DNA of 63,531 nt, filler included, from Octopus bimaculoides (Eukaryota): assembly GCF_001194135.2 (NCBI RefSeq). It is 5 parts of 5 records of this genome, joined end to end, with 100 filler letters (N's around TTAATTAATTAA, not from the genome) between each part and the next. Parts side by side here need not be neighbours in the genome. Positions count along the whole stretch, not along the records: positions 24,649 to 47,371 come from NC_069006.1; positions 47,472 to 55,856 come from NC_068981.1; 3 more parts are not named here. One strand, given 5' to 3'. Positions 38,016-50,207 of the stretch are shown in pieces. The position numbers and the translations under genes are program-made. Below the pieces are notes generated by a model that was not told the origin of the DNA, searched no databases, and saw only the letters and a program-made list of their open reading frames with translations. Each line of letters opens with the position of its first letter. Position 1 is the stretch's first letter.

Positions 38016-38980
38016 GCTAATTCTCGTCTACAAAAAAAACATCAATTGGCTTTATTACCAGAACGAAAAAAGATGTGCTACAATGATTTGCATTATTTAG
38101 TTACATGGAATCATTTCGAATAAATTGGAAATGTTAATTATTTTCATCACCAAAATGTGTCAAGAATCAAAAATTGGGTTACACATAATTTTATTTTAAT
38201 GTATGTGTAATCTAGACCTCATGTAACACATATGACAAAACACATATGATAAAAAAAAAACAAAGTCAAAAGTCTATTTATTTCACATAATTTTGAAATT
38301 TCAAGTGCGTTTCGGAGCCTGAAGATATAAATTTTAGAGATTGAGATTTTAACACTCCTGTTTTTAAGGGATTCCGCAAAAGAAAATTTATTCATAACAA
38401 TGAATGTAAAAAAATAAAATGAGGAATGGCCAACATGTTATAAATTATTCAAAATTTCAAGCAGAGCCTGACGATGTAAATTGAAGAACTTCAGATTTTA
38501 ACACAGTTGTGTTTTAAAGGATTTTGCAATTAAAAATATATTCTTGAAAATATATTTCGAAAAATCTGTGTAAAAAGTACCTTTTTTGCTCCCCCCAAAT
38601 GAATAACATTGAAGAATATTTGGTAATAGAAAATGTAGTTTGTCTAGTTTTAGCTTCCCCTCAAAGCAACATAGAGATTTCTGTAGTAAAGATTGTTTGC
38701 CAACACAACATGGCAGTTTAGGATGAATGTTGCTGTAATTTTGCTCCAGGAGAGCTTGCAAGGCTTTGAACACTAGAGGGAGTAAATTATGAAAGAAAAG
38801 GGTCAGAGCAGAAGAGGTTTCTCGCTGTAGAGGACTCCCATCTCTACTCACATTTCTGAAGAGAGGATGGTGAGAAAGTGATAAAAATGTGTCAATGGGG
38901 TATCAGAGTGGGCCCTCAAGGTATGAGGTATGGAGGAAAGAGTGGAGCAGAAGAGCCAATATTCATATGCTCACATATAT

Positions 38981-39530
38981 ATAATATCTCATTAATTATC
39001 ATTTAATGTCTGTTATATAATGTCTCATTATCATCATTTATTGTCATTTCTTTATCTCATTAATTATCATCATTTAATGTCTCTTATATAATATCTCATT
39101 AATTTTCATTATTTAATGCCTGTTACATAATATCTCGTTAATTATCATTTAATATCTGTTACATAATATCTCATTAATTACCATCATTTAATGTCTGTTA
39201 TATAATATCTCATTAATTATCATTTAATGTTTGTTATATATCTCATTAATTATCATCATTTAATGTTTGTTATAAATCTCATTAATTTTTATTATTTAAT
39301 GTCTGTTATATAATGTCTCATTAATTATCATTATTTAATGTCTGTTATATAATATCTCATTAATTACCATCATTTAATGTCCGTTATATAATATTTCATT
39401 AATTATCACTATTTAATGTCTGTTATACAACGTCTCATTAATTATCATTATTTAATGTCTGTTACATAATATCCCATTAGTTATTATCATTTATTGTCAT
39501 TTATATAATATCTCATTAATTATCGTTATT
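38981..39530. repeat. AT-rich minisatellite with 36-39 bp unit, about 14 copies
   Basis: Consensus ataatatctcattaattatc(atc)atttaatgtctgttat. Confidence 0.9.
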
Positions 39531-39715
39531 TCATACCCATTTGCCCCTGCTGGCATTGGTTGGACAATTCAGCAGAATCTGCCAGGTCACAGAACTGCAT
39601 TATACTCTGCTTTCTACTTTGGCATGGTTTCTATGGCTGGAAGCCTTTTGTGATGCCAGCCACTTTACTGAGTGGACTGGGTTCCTTTTTAGGTGCCACC
39701 AGCACTACTGAGATC
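39531..39715 (-). mobile_element. Degenerate RTE 3' UTR
   Basis: gctggcattggttggac...ttggcatggtttctatggctgga...gtgccaccagcac, similar to 44150-44330. Confidence 0.6.
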
Positions 39716-40068
39716 ACCATGAAGCTTGCAAGAACGGGGAGAGGGAACTTAAATGGTAGGAGAATAAGGAGCAGGGAGGAATAAAGTCTGAGAGAAAAAG
39801 GGTTGGAATAGAGCTGGTTTCTTGCTGTGGAGGCCTGACATGTCTACTCACATTTAAAGGAGAGGGTGGGAGTGAGTGGGTTGAGCTGGAAAATGATAAA
39901 AGGAATAGTAATGATGTGATAGGGTGGATTTTCAGGATACAAAGTGGGTAGGAATGAGTGGGGCAGTAGGGCCAGGTGTGAGCGGGAGAGTAGGGGATGG
40001 CTGATAATATGGAGCAGTTGAATAGAGATGATGATACAGTAAGCAGGAATAAAGAGAGAGAGAGAGAT

Positions 40069-40101
<33 letters not shown>

Positions 40102-40220
40102 AACGGACAAAGAAAGCTGGCAACAGATAGAAAGTGAGATGATAAACCTGTATTATATATATTTTGAATATCAAATCCAGGCTGTTTTATTTGTTTATTT
40201 ACATCCTTATCTACATATCA

Positions 40221-40406
40221 GGAGTGGCTGTGTGGCAAGTAGCTTGCTTACCAACAACATTGTTCCAGATTAGGTCTCACAGTGTGGCACCTTGGTCAAA
40301 TGTCTTCTACTACAGCCTCGGGCCAACCAAAACCTTGTGAGTGGATTTGGTAGACACGGAAACTGAAAGAAGCCCGTCATATATATATATATATATATAT
40401 AAGCTG

Positions 40407-40439
<33 letters not shown>

Positions 40440-40650
40440 GTTTGTGTGTCAGTGTTGGTCCCCCACCATCGCTTGACAACTAATGTTGGTGTGTTTACAT
40501 CCCTGTAACTTAGAGGTTCGGCAAAAGAGACTGGTGGAATAAGTACTAGGCTTACAAGGAGCAAGTCCTAGGGTCGATATTTGTTTGACTAAAGGTGGTG
40601 CTCCAGCATGGTCACAGTCAAATGACTGAAACAAATAAAAGACTAAAAAA
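40221..40650 (+). mobile_element. SINE family A, full length
   Basis: Head, central (TA)n and tail gactgaaacaaataaaaga. Confidence 0.85.
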
Positions 40651-40974
40651 ATAAAAGAATCTGTTCACCCGGATTCCTCTTTACTTCGTGGATTTGGTCC
40701 CTGGTAAAAATTTCAGAGTATCAGTCCAAATCATTTCATCATGTTCAACCATTAATCCCAACACGTTTTTTTATGTTTCTTTTTTTTTTTTGCATTCTTT
40801 CTCCTTTCTTTTTCCTCTTAATTTTTTCTTTCGAAGAAGAGCATAAGCTCGAAATGTCAAGGACTTTTCCATTCTTCCTGAGTGTTAACCTGATACCCCA
40901 GCCTGTTATTCCTTCACCTGTCTTTGTCTTTTGATTTCTGTAAATTTGAATTATATGTGCGTATAGATGAGGAC

Positions 40975-41420
40975 AGCTGCATAAAGAAGTGTCAAGCTCT
41001 AATAGTGGAAAGTACCTGTGGAAGGGGTAGACCCAGGAAGACTTGGGACAAAGTGGTAAGAGAGGATCTTTGATGCTGGGTCTCACTGATAAAATGACAA
41101 GGGACCAAGAGATGTGGAAACTAAGTAAAATGGCTTTCAGCCCCACCTACAGGCTTGTCTTTTGAGGTGCCACTTGAAAAGCACCCGTGCTGGTGCCACT
41201 TAAAAAAGCACTCGTGCTGGTGTTATGTAAATGCACCTGTGCTAGTGGCACATAAAAAGCACCCAACACAATCTGTTAAGTGCTTGGTGTTAGGAAGGAC
41301 ATCCAGTCATAGAAACCATGCCACAACAGACAGTTGGAGCCTGGACTGCTCCTTGCAAGCCAGCTCCGTGTCAAACCATCCAACCCATACCAGCATGGAG
41401 GGGAGACGCTAAATGATGTT
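40975..41420 (+). mobile_element. RTE-clade LINE 3' end
   Basis: KKCQALIVESTCGRGRPRKTWDKVVREDL...GLTDKMTRDQEMWK; UTR ends with gacgctaaatgatg. Confidence 0.78.
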
Positions 41421-41605
41421 GATAGATAGATAGATAGATAGATAGATGGATGGATGGATAGATAGATAGATGGATAGATAGAGAGATAGATAGATGGATG
41501 GACGGACAGACAGACAGATAAATAGATAGAGAGATAGACAGATAGATGGATGGATGGATGGATGGACAGACAGACAGACAAACAAATAGATAAATAGATA
41601 GATAG
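41420..41605. repeat. (GATA/GATG/GACA)n microsatellite
   Basis: Direct reading. Confidence 0.9.
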
Positions 41606-41612
41606 AGGCGTA

Positions 41613-42003
41613 GTAGTGGCTGTGTGGTAAGTAGCTTGCTTACCAACCACATGGTTCTGGGTTCAGTCCCACTGCGTGGCACCTTGGGCAAGTGTCTTCT
41701 ACTATAGCCTCAGNNNNNNNNNNNNNNNNNNNNNNNNNNNNNNNNNNNNNNNNNNNNNNNNNNNNNNNNNNNNNNNNNNNNNNNNNTATATATATGTATA
41801 TGTTTGTGTGTCAGTGTTGGTGCCCCCACCATCGCTTGACAACTAATGTTGGTGTGTTTACGTCCCTGTAACTTAGAGGTTCGGCAAAAGAGACCGATAG
41901 AATAAGTACTAGGTTTACAAAGAATAAGTCCTGGGGTCGATTTGCTCGACTAAAAGGCGGTGCTCCAGCATGGCCACAGTCAAAATGACTGGAACAAGTA
42001 AAA
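41613..42003 (+). mobile_element. SINE family A spanning a small gap
   Basis: 5' half at 41613-41713 and 3' half at 41787-42003. Confidence 0.8.
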
Positions 42004-42099
42004 AAAAAGATAGATAGATGGACAGATGGATGGATGGATGGATGAATAGACAGACAGACAGATAGGTAGACAGACAGATAGACAAACAGACAGACAGAT

Positions 42100-42130
<31 letters not shown>

Positions 42131-43638
42131 TAGCTAGATAGAAGTACCAGAATTATTTTTAAAAAAGCAATAAAAATGCAACTACTGGGGGTCAATTTGT
42201 TCAACTAAACCCCTCAAAGTGATGCCCCAGTATGGCCACAGTTTATTGACTGAAATAAGTAAAATAAAAACATTGCTACAATTCCAACATGTCGAACTGG
42301 GATCGGTGGATTCATTGACTTTCAACCACCTACGCTGCGCCCTTACAAGGTGTATTGAGAATGCACTAAAATCGCCATTTACTACAACCATTTTATATTG
42401 TCAATTGTTGCAATTTGATGGGGTTTTTTTCTTACAATTTACCATCCTACTCGTCATTTAAACATAATAGCATTTATTTCCTCAATTAATAATCAAATTA
42501 ATGTCATTTATAATAATATTCGTTTTTTACTATATTAAGTAAATGTTTATTTTGACACTATCACCTTCATCGAATAAGGATGTATTTTTACAATGTGTTT
42601 GTCCCATCACATCATCACCTATCATCGTGTTTCTCGGGTCACGGTTACACCACCAGCAATGGCAGACGTAACGCTAGTGTTTTGTAGTAATGATTAAAGG
42701 ATCGGTTATTATTAGTAGCAATCGTATCATTATTTCTCTTTTTGTTATTCGACAACGTTTCTCGTAAATGTGTGTTCGGATTCTGTATTTTATTTTTCTG
42801 GGTTTTTTAAAGAGAGAGGTAAGAAAAAATAAAAGAAAAACACGAAACAAACTTGTTTTGGTAGATCATGTTTTAATCTGCGATGCTATTTAAGCAATAT
42901 TCACAGACATGTTTTTTGATAAAGTGTGGTCAGCTGAAAGGGGAAAAAAAGTATTGAGTCATTAAAAATGAAAAGAAATGCCACAATTACGTTTTTTAGC
43001 GGTGTTTGTGTGAGATTTTCCCATCATAATGTTACAAATTGTGTGAGAATAACTCGTGAGTTTAGAGTGTGTCTGTATGCATATACATAATGGCGGCTAT
43101 TACTTTCTTGGCTTTATTTATTCATTTTTGTCAGTGTAAAGCTGTATATGTATGTATGTGAGTGTGTGTGTGCGAAAGAAAGAAAGAGAAAGACAAGTAT
43201 TTGCTGCTACTTCATATACATATCAATAGATATTGAAAATGAATCACTGTTGTTGAATTATTTAACCTTATCTCTAAGGTATCAATGGAAGAGTTTGCAA
43301 TCACGCCATAGTTTTAGATAAAACCCACAATGACACCTCCAATCATGCTTAATTTATACATGCTATTAAACCAGGTTTTAGCCAAATGGTTGATATTGAC
43401 CCTCCTGGTGGAGTAAGGGAGGGTTTCTACAGCTATATTGAAACGATTCTGAGTAATAAAGGTGCTAAATTATCAGCAATGATAATTCAAAATTTTAAAA
43501 AGCATTATTTCTATAGCTGAAAGATTCTAATGGCGCCAGATATAAATGAAAAGTAACAAACCACTGCTGAAAGAAAAATGCATCTAAGTAAAAAGAAATC
43601 ACATAAATAGATCTAAAGTCTAAATATCGAAGGATATA

Positions 43639-43886
43639 CTGGGTTGGTGCATAATTATTGTGGCTTTTTTTCAACAAATTTTATTCAACAAAAACAATAA
43701 CAATATTTAACAGAAACATCTTTAAATGATGGTCTGACCATCTGCCAAGCAAATGGGAAGCAGTAATTGAAGTAGATGGTGAATATGCTCTGGAATAATC
43801 ATTTAAAGATGTTTTTGTTACATGTTATTGTTTTTCCTGAATAAAACTAGAAAAAAAGAAGCCACAATAATTATGCACCAACCCAA
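43639..43886 (+). mobile_element. Intact 248-bp mariner-derived MITE with TA TSD
   Basis: TA at 43637-43638 and 43887-43888; approx. 85-90 bp imperfect TIRs; core encodes DHLPSKWEAVIEVDGEYALE*, resembling a mariner transposase C-terminus. Confidence 0.88.
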
Positions 43887-44125
43887 TATATTAAAGATTT
43901 CAATTCTAATTGAATTAAAATAAACATAATTTCTATTAGTTTTACTCCATAATATTTTGGAAAATTTCCCAATCATTTCTTTTGATGTAGAAGCCACAGT
44001 TTCACATGGTTTATAAGCATCGATTAATCCAATTTTCCTTAACAGTTCAATGTAACAATATTAATCTAACTACTTCATTTAAGTCCATATTTGATGTTTA
44101 AAATTTATCTTAGTGTTTCTATGCT

Positions 44126-44350
44126 CAGACATCATCATCATCATCATCATCGTTTAACTTCCGCTTTCCATGCTAGCATGGGTTGGACGATTTGATTGAG
44201 GACTGGTGAACCAGATGGCAACACCAGGCTCCAATCTGATCTGGCAGAGTTTCTACAGCTGGATGCCCTTCCTAACACCAACCACTCCGAGAGTGTAGTG
44301 AATGCTTTTACGTGCCGCCGGCACAAAGGCCAGTCAGGTGGTACTGGCAT
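44126..44350 (-). mobile_element. RTE-type 3' UTR with (GAT)n tail
   Basis: (cat)n cgtttaacttccgctttccatgctagcatgggttggacg...ggatgcccttcctaacaccaacc. Confidence 0.75.
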
Positions 44351-44538
44351 ATGCTCATTTGATTTCCATAAAATTCATGTGGCTAAACACTCTCTTACCC
44401 GCATCAACATATCCATGTGGTAAAACAAGAAGTGTTAAAGCTAACTTAACAAATTGTTCAAATGGATTTTCCCAATTGGATCCCTAAACAATGATATTTC
44501 AATCTGGAAACTGTGTTTGAAACCTTTATCCATATTTC

Positions 44539-44562
44539 TAACCATAACCCTAACCCTAACCC
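44539..44562. repeat. (TAACCC)n telomere-like tract
   Basis: taacca taaccc taaccc taaccc. Confidence 0.7.
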
Positions 44563-44889
44563 TTAATTTCTTCATCGTAACGAAATTTTTGTCAGCATCT
44601 CTGCATCTTCATTGGTGCAACATCATCATCATCACCATCAATATTTACATTATCCGAGATGCTTCTCTTAAATATTGTTATTGTTTTTGCTGAATAAAAT
44701 CGGTTGAAAAAAAGCCGTCAAATGTAAATAATGTAAATAATGTACATAATTCCTCATCTCTTAAATACTGTAACTGTATCACCATCAATGTTGTTCACTT
44801 TAATAGATATTGTCCTGGTTAACATGCACTTTACTGTTACAAAATAGCTGTAGCATTGGTCATGGTAAAGACTTGGTGTTATTTTATAT

Positions 44890-45055
44890 ACTTTTCTTTT
44901 TTGGGGGAGGGAGCCAGTGGATTAGATCGACCCCAGTATGCAACTGGTACTTAATTTATCCACCCTGAAAGAATGAAAGTTAAAGCCGACCTCGGCGGAA
45001 TTTGAACTCAGAACGTAAAGACAGACGAAATACCGCTAAGCATTTCACCTGGCAG
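44890..45055 (-). mobile_element. SINE family B
   Basis: gatcgaccccagtatgcaactggtac...ggcggaatttgaactcagaacg. Confidence 0.8.
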
Positions 45056-45464
45056 AGGTGGAAAGGTATAGATAGATAAATAGATGGATAGATAGGAAAA
45101 GGCAGATGGAGAGAGAATGAAACCCTGCTCTCCCTTTCTCTCTCCCTCCCTTCTCTCCCTCTATTCCTATGGAGAGTAGAGTCAAAAGAAGGACCAAATA
45201 TTGTTGTTGCCATTGTTAAACCTCAGGTCCATCAGTTTTAACTAAGCTATGATGAAAAGGCATGAATTTTAAAGGGTTTCTTTCTAGGATGTCATTTAAG
45301 GTAACAGGGGCTTGATTTGAGGATAAATTTGATTGTCATTTCTAGCAGATTGAATGATCTGGTTTGGCCCCGTTCGACTATCATCTATTCCCCAACATGA
45401 AAAAACATTTGGCTGGGAACCAGTATCTTAGTGATGATGTTGTCATATCTGCTGTTACTCTATA

Positions 45465-45660
45465 ACACATTTCAGTCATTTGACTGTGGCCATGCTGGAG
45501 CACCGCCTTTAGCCAAACAAAATGACCCCAGGACTTACCCTTTGTAAGCCTTGTACTTATTCTATCAGACCCTTTTGCTGAACCGCTAAGTTACAGGGAC
45601 ATAAACACACCAACATTTGTCAAGTGATGGTGGGGGGACAAACACAGACACTCACACATA
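45465..45660 (-). mobile_element. SINE family A, 3' half
   Basis: tttcagtcatttgactgtggccatgctggagcaccgcc...gggggacaaacac. Confidence 0.8.
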
Positions 45661-45688
45661 AATATATACATATATATATATAGATATA

Positions 45689-45737
<49 letters not shown>

Positions 45738-46304
45738 NNNNNNNNNNNNNNNNNNNNNNNNNNNNNNNNNNNNNNNNNNNNNNNNNNNNNNNNNNNNNNN
45801 NNNNNNNNNNNNNNNNNNNNNNNNNNNNNNNNNNNNNNNNNNNNNNNNNNNNNNNNNNNNNNNNNNNNNNNNNNNNNNNNNNNNNNNNNNNNNNNNNNNN
45901 NNNNNNNNNNNNNNNNNNNNNNNNNNNNNNNNNNNNNNNNNNNNNNNNNNNNNNNNNNNNNNNNNNNNNNNNNNNNNNNNNNNNNNNNNNNNNNNNNNNN
46001 NNNNNNNNNNNNNNNNNNNNNNNNNNNNNNNNNNNNNNNNNNNNNNNNNNNNNNNNNNNNNNNNNNNNNNNNNNNNNNNNNNNNNNNNNNNNNNNNNNNN
46101 NNNNNNNNNNNNNNNNNNNNNNNNNNNNNNNNNNNNNNNNNNNNNNNNNNNNNNNNNNNNNNNNNNNNNNNNNNNNNNNNNNNNNNNNNNATAATAAAGA
46201 AACTAAAATTGAAAGAATGTTTATAAAACTGAAAAAGGGCCTCTTCTTTGTCAGAAGAGCCAGATACAGAGAGCAAAAGAATATATGGAATTGTAGCAAA
46301 AATA

Positions 46305-46480
46305 TTGATTTTAAATTTTGGCACAAGGCCAGCAATTTAGTGGGCAGTAGGGGGGGGGTAAGTTGATTACATCGATCCCAGTGCTCAACTGGTACTTATT
46401 TTATCGACCCCTAAAGGATGAAAGGTGAAGTCAACCTCAGCAGAATTTGAACTCAGAATGTGAAGACAGACAAATTGCAG
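46305..46480 (-). mobile_element. SINE family B
   Basis: aaattttggcacaaggcc tail; atcgacccctaaaggatgaaagg core. Confidence 0.8.
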
Positions 46481-46723
46481 CATAGATATTGGCAGATAAA
46501 GAGGAGGATTGCTGTGAATAGGAAACATTTCACAGTATCATTTATTAAATGAACAATAAATATGGAGAAAATTTCATTGCTTTGAGAGATCAATGGTGCT
46601 GACAGAAGTATTTCATAGAAGGGTTGACACGGTTGATTTGTTTTGGACATCTTGGAGGAGGACAGATGGATTGTGTGGCTATTTTTTTATTGAGGATTTG
46701 TGACCGATGGGATCTGAAGTTAA

Positions 46724-46850
46724 GGGGATTTCAGACTGAAGGGATCCAAGACTGAAACTGAAGGGAACAAAGACTGAGGTAATCAAAGACAGAGGGTATC
46801 CTAGACTGAGAGGACCCAAGAATGGTGGAGTATCCAAGATGGACAAGGTC
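46724..46850. repeat. Degenerate approx. 16-bp tandem repeat (gggatccaagactga-like)
   Basis: About 7 imperfect units. Confidence 0.5.
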
Positions 46851-46861
46851 TGAGATAATGC

Positions 46862-47270
46862 GATTCATCAGAAGGGTAACTCTGAGGTCAAAGAAATAAG
46901 AGCCCATATGATAGAAGTCATAGCCACTTGTAATAAAAAGGAGTACTGGTGGAATGTCCCAGTGAAAACCTCAATAAAATAAAACCTCCGTAAACACAAT
47001 TGACCTGATATAATGATTTGGGATAGAGAAGAGAAACTGTGTGCAGTTATGGAAATTAGCTGCCCAGCAGATGTTAGCATAAAGCTAAAGATCAGTGAAA
47101 AAGAAAATACCTATGATGAACTATTGAGAAATTTGCAGTTACTCTGTTCAGATTACAAGTTCAGGTTTATACCTGTAATTACTAGGGCAATAGGATATGT
47201 AACACACTGCCTAAATACCAATCTTGAGAAATTAGGCTTCTCAAAACCAGAAAGGAGAAAGCTGCCATGT
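46862..47270 (+). mobile_element. R4/Dong-like restriction-like endonuclease fragment
   Basis: EYWWNVPVKT...KHN*PDIMIWDREEKLCAVMEISCPAD...KISEKENTY..L. Confidence 0.78.
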
Positions 47271-47415
47271 AACCCCCAGTCAGCCGCTGCTGTTTGTGAC
47301 ATTGAATCATTCCCTCAGCTGCTCAATTGTCCGAATACTGCAGTTCAAGTCATTACCAATGACCGATGGACNNNNNNNNNNNNNNNNNNNNNNNNNNNNN
47401 NNNNNNNNNNNNNNN

Positions 47416-47427
47416 TTAATTAATTAA
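47416..47427. other. Artificial scaffold linker TTAATTAATTAA
   Basis: Flanked by 44 N on each side. Confidence 0.9.
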
Positions 47428-47471
47428 NNNNNNNNNNNNNNNNNNNNNNNNNNNNNNNNNNNNNNNNNNNN

Positions 47472-47882
47472 ATCTGGAGGGGTTTTGCCAGGGCATGCTT
47501 ACACGATTTAAGGAGGATTGCTGGGAAACCATCAGGGCCAGCAGTTGAGTTTGTGTCCACTTCATGTATAGCTAGTAGTACATCTTCTTCGCTAATGTTG
47601 ATGTATTCCATCGTAACTGCCTCACTGGTTATAGGGGAGGTAGCAAAGAAGTCCACTGGTTTGTTCACTTGTCTGTGCTCCAATGGAGTGGTGAAGACAC
47701 TTTTGAATTGCTCATTCAGTACTTCACTGATCCTAGTTGGACTGTCTGTGAGGGATCCATCCTTTTCGAAGAGGGGTCCAATCTTGCAGCGTACTGAGGC
47801 TGTTTCTTTTGCGTAATGAAAGAAGGCCTCTATATCAGGCCTGAGGTGAGTTTCCACGAGTGCTATGCATAGGGCTTGATTG
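47472..47882 (-). mobile_element. CR1-like ORF2 fragment with internal deletion
   Basis: LCIALVETHLRPDI fused in frame to AFFHYAK...ISEVLNEQFKSVFT...AGPDGFPAILLKSC. Confidence 0.78.
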
Positions 47883-48120
47883 CATGCATATATATATATA
47901 TGCATGCATATATATATATATGCATACATATGTGTCTCTATACATGTGTATACCCGTATAGACACGTATGTTTAAATGTTTATTTCCACAACAATGTCGC
48001 TTATATTCAGCAACAATATCTTCACGCATTACGAAATATTATTATAATCGCCAACAAAACAATAACAACAAATAAATGCCTTTCTGTTTGTCTGTCTCTT
48101 TGTCTCTGTTTCTCACTCTG

Positions 48121-48188
<68 letters not shown>

Positions 48189-49609
48189 TCTCTTACCCAT
48201 TCACTCTTCATTCATCGTCATCGATGACACCGTAGCCAACACCTGTACCAGGAGTGTCTTACTTCCCTTAGTTACTTCCCTTAGTTATAGATATTCTTTG
48301 CATTGAAGATAGGATATTAATGAGTATGATGATTATGTCAGTCGGTAGTGAGTATATATTGCTCTTTATTTGTTTTTCTTTAACGACACATATTTGTGAA
48401 ATAAATCTACGCACTAATATCTATAGATAAATACTGCAGTTAATAGATAACTATAGATAAAAGAGTGATTCTTCAATCTGGATACATATCAATATCGATA
48501 TTACAAACATGCACACAGAATTACTCACGTATATATACGTATTTAAGTATATGCCTTTTTAGCTGTATTTGTTTATATGTGTTTGTGTAATTTTAATAGC
48601 CATCAGCCATGTTTTGTAGCTTGAACAAAATTTTGGATGTGCAAGTTGAAATTATAGCAAAAGAACTATAGACGTTCTCTGTACGGTATATAATACAGTA
48701 TATTATGCACGACTAGAAACAATGGTTTTTTTCTTCTCTGTCATTTATATTGTTTTATATTAAACCACGAACAGGAACATTAAGATTGCGGTGACACCTT
48801 ACACCATTATTTTACAGTGTAATGAAAGGGAGATCTGATCATGCTTTACTAATAAAAGTATTCCTTCTGACGTTCTAATTTACACTTTAAAAGATCAGTC
48901 TACATTCGTATATGCTCTCATACTCCCATCATTGTATCAGCAAATGTCGGCGAGGTCTCAAAATGGGTGACCAGATCTTTATTTACGTATAATGAATGAG
49001 TTTCCGCATGCATTCCTATTGTGAGCTTGGTTACCTTGAGTAACTTAAGAATGCTACACCTGCACAGGATATGGATAGAAGACAAAAACGAGTAAGAAAA
49101 GTAATAAAAAATAAATAAATAATAAAATACAAAATTTACTTTATACTTAGAAATATCTTGACAGATTAGATAAATAAGAATTGGATAATTTCTTGAGCAG
49201 ATATTTAAATTGTATAAACTTTTATAAAGGTTAACACTATTAAAGCAGGGGAAAATCAGCATTGATTCTCTATCATTACACCGACTAACATTAACAATGT
49301 AAAATAGTAAAGGTTAAACAAGAAAAAGAATAGCTTTGTTGGGGGTATATTACTGTGGAAGAGTCGAAAACACAACAATCTGTTCTAAACATGATTTATT
49401 GCCAGGATGCACCGTTAGCTATTCCACAAGTGTCTGTTAACAAGATAAATATCATACAAAATAAGAAAGGTATCCAGCTGTGTTCGCGGCTTAAGTGTTA
49501 AAACTTATGGTGGGATTGAAACCTTATGTACCTACAGCAGCGTTCCCTATGATAAATATTCTCTTGGCCAAGCCTGTTGAAAAGCCTGTCAGATAAAACA
49601 GATTTTCAA

Positions 49610-49800
49610 GTGAATGAAAGAGCATCTCGATGTAGTCACTCAACCTACCAGATATAGCAACTAAATCCCAATTGAACTACACTCTACTAATTTTTAAAAG
49701 GATACGATAGATAATGTAGTCATAGTAGGTGGGATTGTTGTGGTTAGAATGCATTGGCTGATCCACTTGTTCAGTCAGATACGACTTGGCGCTAAACAGC
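49610..49800 (+). mobile_element. Degenerate dispersed repeat (SINE-like tail ending gctaaacagc)
   Basis: Tail resembles 12200-12225 and the reverse complement of about 45200-45235. Confidence 0.4.
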
Positions 49801-49911
49801 ATGAATGATTACGAATGTGAAAGATATTTCTTACGCACTATTTTTATGAAGTAGCCTATATGACATTGGTATTTCAAAATAAACATTCTGACTATAGTCA
49901 TAAAGGAAACG

Positions 49912-49957
49912 GTATGACCGGAGTTTCATACTCTTGTCAGATACTTTCGTCAAATAC
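49912..49957 (-). ncRNA. Minimal type I hammerhead ribozyme-like motif (degenerate, C3U)
   Basis: GUAU-UUGACGA-[stem II]-GAAAC-UCCG-GUC-AUAC. Confidence 0.5.
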
Positions 49958-50175
49958 GAACTATTTCAAATCATAGATAACGAACTGTAAACCCGAATTC
50001 TATGCATCATAGTCTGTCGAGTTTAAAGATCATGTTTTAGATAGTTATTAATGCAATGACTTTAGATAAAAAGAAGTGAGATAAAATACCTCGGCGCCTG
50101 ATATACACACACACATATATATATATATGTACATACGTACATATATATATATACATGCATACATACATACATACA

Positions 50176-50207
<32 letters not shown>

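Noticed and set aside
42440-43200. Repeat-free blocks (also about 1620-1820 and 8340-8640) as conserved enhancers
   Set aside because: TAAT and ATGGCG motifs are expected by chance in AT-rich DNA; conservation cannot be judged from one sequence.
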